Source of the DNA: Octopus sinensis
Lineage: Eukaryota
Assembly: GCF_006345805.1 (NCBI RefSeq)
Contig: NW_021832510.1
Coordinates: forward strand, 1-31,882
DNA length: 31,882 nt
Direction: 5' to 3'
A model generated the notes under the pieces. The model did not search any database, was not told the DNA's origin, and was given only the letters and a program-made list of their open reading frames with translations. The translations under genes were made by a program, and so were the position numbers. Shown in pieces: positions 23,172-31,882 of this stretch; the first letter of the stretch is position 1; each line of letters begins with the position of its first letter.

Positions 23172-23553
23172 CGGTTTTTTGACTATTTATTAAATTTTAT
23201 GTATTGATTAAGTCTTCCTTGTTTGTTTTGCAAAATATGGTTTTGTCTCGAATAATATTTTATAATAGTTTACTATAAAATCGATTAAAATCATAAATCT
23301 ATTTTTTTCCCTGTAAATTTGGATTATTCCCTAATATTTATTATATATATATATATATATATATTATGAAATCCTAAATATACATAAGTGAAAATAAAGA
23401 ATACTTAAATAATTAAATACTTTAAACCATATAATAAAGATACATGTGTAGTATCTATAGATTTAATAAAACAATCTATACAAAGTTGACTAAATATCAA
23501 ATAATATAATAACTTAAAAATTTAATATTAAAATACATAAGCCACTATATATA

Positions 23554-23615
<62 letters not shown>

Positions 23616-24451
23616 ATAATAAAAAAGAAGAGATATAATAATTAATATATCTATCGTAACTAAAATCTATCATCTATCAATATATATAAAAATATATAAA
23701 AATATATAATAGCGAGAATAATATGTTAATAGAAATTAAGAAAACCTATCAACCTCAAAGGTGCAAAAATATTAGAACCAAAGAACAATATACTATGAAG
23801 ATGTACAATCTCAATCACCAGTCCTCTACAAAACCAGTCAATAACAATAACAATAATAACAACGATCAAAGTCAAAATAATAGCAAGAACTAACTAATAT
23901 TGATAAGCAAACTAAATTACTAAGTTCAACGATTCTGTTAATCTATCTAGATCTTAGAATGATAAGCGTCTAATTAATCAACTCAATCGATTCCATTCAT
24001 GAATAATACAATAAAAAATTTGAAATAGTACAAATATACTCAAATCCATTATATAAACTCGTTATATTAATATCCATGTATAATATCTATCGATTTAATA
24101 TATCACACGATAAAAAAGTTAAACATAAATTTTATATTAAAATAAAAACTAGTTTATCTAAAATTAATACTATTTAATGAAACTATTATCTAATTATTAA
24201 AAGAAATATAGCCTAACAATATTAATTCTCAAATTAAATAATATGTAAAACGTTAAAATCTTTTATAACAAACATCGGACGTAAAACATACAATCAAGAA
24301 ACTATAAATAAATAATAATATTACAACAAACAATAATAATATCAACAATAATAATAATTTCAAACACACAACGGTTCAATATTCAAATGAGATAGGGAAA
24401 CGATATAAAGTCAAACTTAGCTTAGCGAAGATTGAAGAGTAACTGATTTTT

Positions 24452-24662
24452 AAAGTCGACTTAATACCTTTGTCTGTCTTTTTTGTCCCCTCTATGTTTA
24501 GCCCCTTGTGGGCAATAAAGAAATAAGAATCGTTAGCAAAATAGCGGTATTTCGTCTGATTTTACCGCAAAATAGCGGTATTTCGTCTGATTTTTTCGTC
24601 TGATTTTACGTATTTCGTCTGATTTTACGAGGTCGACTTCGTCTTTTCTCCTTTCAACTACG
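24452..24662 (+). mobile_element. SINE family C tandem fragment with internal micro-duplications
   Basis: Tail AAAGAAATA joined to AGAATCGTTAGC; TTTCGTCTGATTTT repeated four times. Confidence 0.8.
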
Positions 24663-24738
24663 GTCTGTCCATAGCACATACTTAGCGTTACTCTTTGGGG
24701 CTTCTGGATACCAATACCTCTCTCTCGCACGCACGCGC

Positions 24739-24823
<85 letters not shown>

Positions 24824-24829
24824 AATATA

Positions 24830-25180
<351 letters not shown>

Positions 25181-25815
25181 TACATTTATATACAATACAT
25201 ACATACGAATATAGTATTTGTTATATGTATTTACATCTATCTATCGATCGGTCTGTTTATATATATATATATAGTTATGTAGTCAAGGAATAGATCAGGA
25301 ATATAATACAAAAAGGATAAAAAAAAAACACCCAGGTATATAAGGATGTACGTAATGCATTAATTTTTGATTTTGTGATAACCTACATTTCAAAACGACG
25401 ATAACATCAAACTACGGTTTGAAGAAACTTACTTTTTAATTTTTTGCAGTTTCTTTTTGACACAATTTCAGAGGCTTTCTTAATTCACGGTAATAAATTA
25501 AGAAGAGAACATATTCCTTAATAATTGGGATATGTTTTCAAGAATTTATTTTTATTTTAGAGAACAGTTTTGCCCCATCAGCATCGTTTACGTCTGCTGT
25601 AGTTTTTATATATATATATATATAATGCATATAGTCATTGTCACATGCTGCAATTAAGGAATATGTAATTCAAAATCATTTTTAAAGTGCTAAACTGGAA
25701 AAGCAATAGAAGGAATGTTTTCCTGCAGTTGCTCATTAGCGTTGTCATTTCTCAGAATAAATGTGTGCATATGTGTTTGTGTGTGTGTGTGTATATAATA
25801 ACATACATACATACA

Positions 25816-25851
<36 letters not shown>

Positions 25852-25960
25852 TGTATATATATATAACCATATATGTACGTGTATATAGATTTGCAGATAT
25901 AGATGCATGGATATATAAGTATAGATACATGATTTCATATATAATATATATATATATATT

Positions 25961-25992
<32 letters not shown>

Positions 25993-26018
25993 TATATATA
26001 CATATATATTTTATATAC

Positions 26019-26058
<40 letters not shown>

Positions 26059-26128
26059 CATATGTGCATGTATCTAAGACGTCCTAAGTTGCATATATTA
26101 TATGCATATATATATACATATGCGCATG

Positions 26129-26160
26129 TATACATGCATATATATCTATCTATCTATCTA

Positions 26161-26191
<31 letters not shown>

Positions 26192-26232
26192 CATCTATCT
26201 ATCTATCTATCTATATATATATAAGATAGATA

Positions 26233-26300
<68 letters not shown>

Positions 26301-26320
26301 ATAATATATATATATTATGC

Positions 26321-26327
<7 letters not shown>
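26129..26327. repeat. Inverted microsatellite (TATC)n-TA-(GATA)n
   Basis: Arms are reverse complements, including flanking TATACATGCATA / TATGCATGTATA. Confidence 0.85.
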
Positions 26328-26369
<42 letters not shown>

Positions 26370-26629
26370 TATATATATAGTGCCCAAATTCTGACTTGAA
26401 AGACTTCACCCAGGTGGTTGCTATTAAGTTAGACATGGCCTGGGCCAATAATGGCCGAAACCTATCAAATACCAAAGTATCAAAGTATATATATATATAA
26501 ATTTATACTTGATTGTTAACCATCTGAAAATCTGAAGTCTACATTCTCTTTTTACAGGTATACATATATATGTATTAATTTTGTAAATAAATCTAATTCT
26601 TTACTTTTACCAGACGACTTGACAGGAGT

Positions 26630-26730
26630 AAAGTGAAAGTAAGTGTCTTGCTTAATGCGCCGCCAGGAATCGAACTCACGACCTCAGAGTCGTGACCCGA
26701 ATACTCTAACCATTAATCTACGCGTCTTCA
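26630..26730 (-). mobile_element. SINE family D head fragment
   Basis: Minus strand GGTTAGAGTATTCGGGTCACGACTCTGAGGTCGTGAGTTCGATTCC...AAGCAAGACACTT. Confidence 0.65.
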
Positions 26731-27029
26731 CTTGTGCACCATATGAGACACACTTGACTTATTTTCTCTGGCATCCTTGCATTATATGTGATACATATAC
26801 GCAAGATTTCCTCGACCGTCTGAGTAATTTGAGACTCATGCAAGGAAAGCTTTGTATTGCTCAGAACATATGAAACGAAGGCTCACTAAACGTTTGAAAA
26901 GAAGCATGGACGTGCAGGTCAAACTTGTAAAGAAAAAAAAACCCAGAAGTTTTGTGTAGGCATAGAGTTAATTTCACTTGCAAAATTCACAGACAGAATG
27001 TTTCCCTTCAGATTAGACAGGTAAAAATA

Positions 27030-27450
27030 TTACCTATTTCTTTACTACCCACAAGGGTCTAAACACAGAGAGGACAAACAAGGACAGACAAACGGATTAA
27101 GTCGATTACATCGACCCCAGTGGGTAACTGCTACTTAATTTATCGACCCCGAAAGGATGAAAGGCAAAGTCAACCTCGGCGGAATTTGAACTTAGAACGT
27201 AACGGCAGACAAAATACTTATTTCTTTACTACCCACAAGGGGCTAAACACAGAGGGGACAAACAAGGACAGATAGACGGATTACGTCGATTATATCGACC
27301 CCAGTGCGTAACTGGTACTTAATTTATCGACCCCGAAAGGATGAAAGGCAAAGTCAACCTCAGTGGAATTTGAACTTAGAACGTAACGGCAGACGAAATA
27401 CTGCTAAGCATTTCGCCCGGCGTGCTAACGTTTCTGCCAGTTCGCCGCCT
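27030..27450 (-). mobile_element. SINE family C, head-to-tail dimer
   Basis: Two ~190-nt units starting TATTTCTTTACTACCCACAAGGG; the right-hand unit carries the full head. Confidence 0.9.
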
Positions 27451-27889
27451 TCATGTAAAAAAAGGTACCACGGCTCTGCGACACGGGGCTAAAACGCAGC
27501 TTACGAAAGCACACTCCCACCATTAGCACGTCCATTCCTCTTATTTTGCAGTCACGCCTTTACTATTGGTGAAAATATAAACGTCAGAATATCCTATTTC
27601 CTATCACCTGAAATTTCTCCCACGAGAAGCGATAAGAAAGAATATTTTATGAGATTCATTAAAAGCTGACAGTTGATATGTATTAGCTAAGCTTGATGAC
27701 ATTAAATGAAGCACAGATCTGCATTTTCAAAGGAAGAATTTTTCAGCATTTCCGTTTTTCAAAAATGCTTGTCACTGATACATATTTTGGTGTTTAAATT
27801 ACATCAAAGGCAAATTTGTAAGTATATACAATGAAATATTTTCGAAAAATCACATGCAAACTTCGTCACTATTAATAAACCTCGATGCT

Positions 27890-27983
27890 AAAACCATGTA
27901 TATATGTACGTACATACATTAATACATACATACATACATATATATATACATCATACATATAATATATACATATATATATATCT

Positions 27984-28028
<45 letters not shown>

Positions 28029-28440
28029 ATACACACTATATATATACACACACACACATATATATATATGCAATATATATGTATATATATATATATATAT
28101 ATTTGTAGTATATATATATAATATATTAGTATATATATGTATATATATATGTATATATATGTATATATATGTGTGTGTATATATATGATCTTTATATGTA
28201 TATATATGTATATATTATATATGTATATATATATATATATGTATATATTTTATATATGTAATAGTAATATGTTGTATATGTGCATATATATCTATGTGTG
28301 TAATATATGGATGTCGTATAATGTATAAATATCTATACATCTATGTATATATATATAGTAATATGTATATGTATATATATCTTGGTATATATATGTATAT
28401 ATACATATATGTATAGGTGTGTGTATGTATGTATATGTTA
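27890..28440. repeat. (TA)/(ATGT)-rich tract
   Basis: Direct reading. Confidence 0.9.
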
Positions 28441-28644
28441 TTGATGGCTTAGCTTTCATCACGGACCCATAACAATATTCCAATCATTACATCAACCATA
28501 TCAATTTGTAACGTTTATATACTACAAACACGTATCAACCAGTTTATTTTATCTGCAATGTCCATCCAAACACTCACACACTCACACACGTTTGAATTTG
28601 AAAAGCAATATCAAGCAAAACGGAATTACATACACCGATACATG

Positions 28645-28678
<34 letters not shown>

Positions 28679-29179
28679 ATCTGCGTATGGCAAAAATCTG
28701 TAATGCTTCATAATTTTGCTGCAGTAAGAATGAATAGACAATTCAACGAAGTCACCTATTTACCTACCGCTCTACACATATTTGTCTATTTCTCTCTAGG
28801 CGTATATTTCTTTGTCTCTCTCCCTCTCTCTCTCTCTCTCTCTTTCTCTTCCTCTACCTCCACACTCACACACATGTATATGTCTGACTGTCTGTCGGTC
28901 TGTATGTATATATGTATGTATGTGCGTATGTCTGTGTGTATGTATGTATATATACGTGTGTGTGTGTATGTGTGTATGTGTGTACGTGTGTATGTTTGTA
29001 TGCATGTGTGTTTGTATGCGTGTGTGTATGTATCTCTATGTTTATGAATGTATGTATGTATGTATGTCTGAATGTATGTATGTGTATATGAATGTGTGTA
29101 TGTATACTCAGACACACATCTCTCAAAAATAAATAGACGCTATATTTTTTCCTGTTTTCTTTTTTTTTTGTAAAAGATT

Positions 29180-29345
29180 AGGCGGCGAGCTTGCAGAATC
29201 GTTAGTACGCCGGGTGAAATGCTTAGCGATATTTGGTCTGCCGCTACGTTCTGAGTTCAAACTCCACCGAGGTCGAATTTGCTTTTTATTCTTTCGGCGG
29301 TCGATAAATTGAGTACTGGATTCGATGTAATCAACTTACTCCTCC
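29180..29345 (+). mobile_element. SINE family C-type copy
   Basis: AGGCGGCGAGCTTGCAGAATCGTTAG...GAGTTCAAACTCC...GTCGATAAATTGAGTAC. Confidence 0.8.
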
Positions 29346-29399
29346 CCACGAAATCTAGGCCTTGTGCCTATAGTTGAAAGGGTTATTTTTTGTAAAAGA

Positions 29400-29775
29400 T
29401 TTAAAGCTGCGAACTGGCAGAATCGTTAGCAAAATAGCATTAGCAAAAGCCGGCGATCTGGTAGAATCGTTAGCACGCCGGGCGAAATGCGTAGCCGTAT
29501 TTCGTCTGCAGTTACGTTCTGAGTTCAAATTCCGCCGAGGTCGACTTTGCCTTTCATCCTTTCGGGGTCGATAAATTACGTACCAGTTACACACTGGGGT
29601 CGATGTATTCGACTTAATACCTTTGTCTGTCCTTTTTTGACCCCTCTATGTTTAGCCCCTTGTGGGCAATAAAGAAATAAGAATCGTTAGCAAACTAGCA
29701 GTATTTCATTTGATTTTACGTCCTGCGTTCGAGCTTCTCTGAGGTCGACTTCGTCTTTCATCCTTTCAACTAGCC
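29400..29775 (+). mobile_element. SINE family C with duplicated head pieces and a partial second unit
   Basis: GCAGAATCGTTAGC recurs; full body; tail AAAGAAATA joined to a degenerate second unit. Confidence 0.85.
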
Positions 29776-29889
29776 CCTTGTCCAACATTTCAGACATTTT
29801 GCCTATAACAGAAATATATTTTGTTTCGAAGTTCCTCTTATCGATATAGTGGGGCAGAAACAACTAAGGTCCTGTTCATCTAAGTAACA

Positions 29890-31560
29890 ATTATTCAATG
29901 AGTGCAGTCAATGAGTGCAACCATGACTACGATCTAACGGGGTGCATAACAGGCAATATGGATGCAGTGTTCTTATACCCATCCATTGATGTTGGTTTTG
30001 CTGTTTAGAGATGTGTGGAAGTGATAAGCGAGAGCAATGTGGAGTTCCGTGGTGTTGATACTAAAGAACTAGGACTCCTCCTGAGACAGACATGCGATAA
30101 TGGCTATTTAGATAAACATGACCTTAGTTGGTTCTGCCCTACCAGATCGATAAGAAGTAGACCTCCCGCCACTATAACTTCGATGGCCAAGAAGACCCTT
30201 AAAGAGAGATGGAACGAGTGGACCAGAGGTATACGCAACCCCGAAAATAAAGATCAGATTAAAACAGATGGTCGCACATGTGGTGGGTGTGATTACCAAG
30301 ACCATACTCAAGGGCCATATATTTAAGTTTAATAACAAGATATACGCCCAAGAGGAAGGTGCAGGCATCGGTGTCAGTATTGCTGGCGATGTGGCTAACC
30401 TATTTATGGTATGGTGGGATAAGAGACTTAAAGAAAAATTAGTAGAGAACTCCATAAACCTTACCATGTACTACCGCTACGTGGAGGATATCTACGTAGT
30501 AGTCAAAGCGCCCCTACAAAACAATGTTAATGATCTAGGAGCCAACACTATGGAGAGCATCCAGCAAATAGCTAAGTCCATCCACCAGAGTATAGAAATA
30601 AGGATAGACTACCTTAGTAAGCACCCTAACGATAGATTACCCATTTTAGACACTGAACTCTGGCTAGAAACGAAAAATGGTAAGGTGCAGATCCTTCACT
30701 CTTGTTATGCCAAACCCATGGCTTCTAAGTATCTTGTTCACAAGAACGCAGCGATTGTGGACACCGCCAAGTTCAACATTCTTGTAGCTGACTTGGTGAG
30801 AGTGATGAGGAATGTGTCTCGCGTGTGCGACCCTAAGGAATTCGAAAGACACATACAACACATCATCCACCGCATGAAGTTCTCTGCCTACAACCTAAGG
30901 GACAGGATTAGATTGTACAAAGGAGCTAGCATTAAGGGGATCTACCCGCTGTACAGTAGTAAACAAGACAGAATGGATCAGTAATAAGATAAATAAGGCC
31001 AACACTTGGTATGACAACAAAAAATACCAGAGTGTCATGTTCGTCGATGCTACCCCTGGCGGCGAACTAACATGCCTTTTTAGAAAAAACATTAAGTAAG
31101 GCTAATCTGCGAATTAAAGTAGTAGAGAGGCCTGATGTCCCATTAAAATCCCTGATCTGCAATACCTATCGCATTGATAAGCCCCCCCCCCTGTACAAAG
31201 TACAGTTGTTGTGCTGTATGTAGATTAAACTCACGGGTTAACTCTAAGGTTAGGAGTGTAGTGTATAGCTTACGATATAACTGAGGAACGGTGCAGAAAC
31301 GTGACATCTACGCACATTGAAGAGACTCCACACAACATAGGAGAGCGCATAGGTGAACATTGGCGGGAGCTCAAAGAAGGGAAAAGCTTGTCAGTGCTCT
31401 ACCAGCATGCGTAGGCAGAACATGGAGGCTCGATTAATAGTATAGAGGTTAAGGTATTATCGACACCTACAACTGACTCGATACTTAGATCACAAAGGCT
31501 AGACACATAGCAGTAGACACACAGAGCCTCAATAGAAAACATGAACGGAACAGTAACACC
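29890..31560 (+). pseudogene. Penelope-like retroelement ORF remnant (RT + zinc-knuckle linker + GIY-YIG), 5'-truncated
   Basis: MDAVFLYPSID, QEEGAGIGVSIAGDVANLFMVWWD, YYRYVEDI, LPILDTELW, YAKPMAS (PLE RT/thumb); SVMFVDATP, IKVVERP, C...CCAVC linker; RSVVYSL...HIEETPHNIGERIGEH...SVLYQH (degenerate GIY-YIG); several stops and frameshifts. Confidence 0.85.
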
Positions 31561-31882
31561 CACGACCGCACGTCACGACTAAAGTCAGGAGGGATGAGAA
31601 GAGAGAGAAAAAACAAAAACAGCAAAAAATCGTAAATAATACACAGAATAATACAGGTAACACAGATACAATAGACATATATGCACTTGTGATACTTATG
31701 AGAAATAGAGATAGATATATAAAAGATAAAAAATAAATAAAAATATGTATAAATAGATAAATAGACAAATATAGATATAATTGTTACAAATCTGGGATAA
31801 ATATATGATATAAAGATAGATAAAATATATATAAATGGACACATACAACATATGAATATGAACCGATACACAAACACAAACA

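Larger units (their letters stand above)
22702..23265 (-). mobile_element. PLE pLTR-like segment with inverted terminal duplication
   Basis: Contains two hammerhead motifs and ~105-bp inverted arms (23003-23108 / 23154-23260); sits in (TA)n; no ORF. The PLE assignment is inferred from this architecture. Confidence 0.65.

Noticed and set aside
24530-24632. Short regularly repeated units resembling a CRISPR array
   Set aside because: No unique spacers or cas genes, eukaryotic context; these are tandem stutters within a SINE.
26380-26490. GGCC...GGCC-GAAAC-CTATC island in (TA)n, like the 3' half of a hammerhead
   Set aside because: The CUGANGA core is unrecognisable and stem III is mispaired; possibly a PLE relic but unsupported.

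Overview
Eukaryotic, very AT-rich, microsatellite-dense non-coding DNA. The repeat landscape suggests an octopus (coleoid cephalopod), inferred from recalled SINE families and not verified. No host protein-coding gene can be called with confidence, and nearly all supplied ORFs are microsatellite read-throughs. The window is mostly mobile elements: a ~3.8-kb decayed CR1/L2-group LINE (10650-14428), the 3' end of an R4/Dong-like LINE, two Penelope-like element (PLE) coding remnants, a PLE pLTR-like segment with two hammerhead ribozyme motifs and a fold-back, two non-autonomous Helitrons, a mariner remnant abutting a hAT-like MITE, and about 18 copies or fragments of four tRNA-derived SINE families (labelled A-D here). 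The three most interesting signals are: (1) a canonical-core type I hammerhead plus a second minimal hammerhead; (2) a small two-copy repeat family with a hammerhead-like fold but a variant core; (3) a 3' tail shared between SINE A and the CR1-like LINE, whose terminal hairpin is conserved by compensatory changes. Part of 22.9-24.4 kb may be poorly polished assembly.
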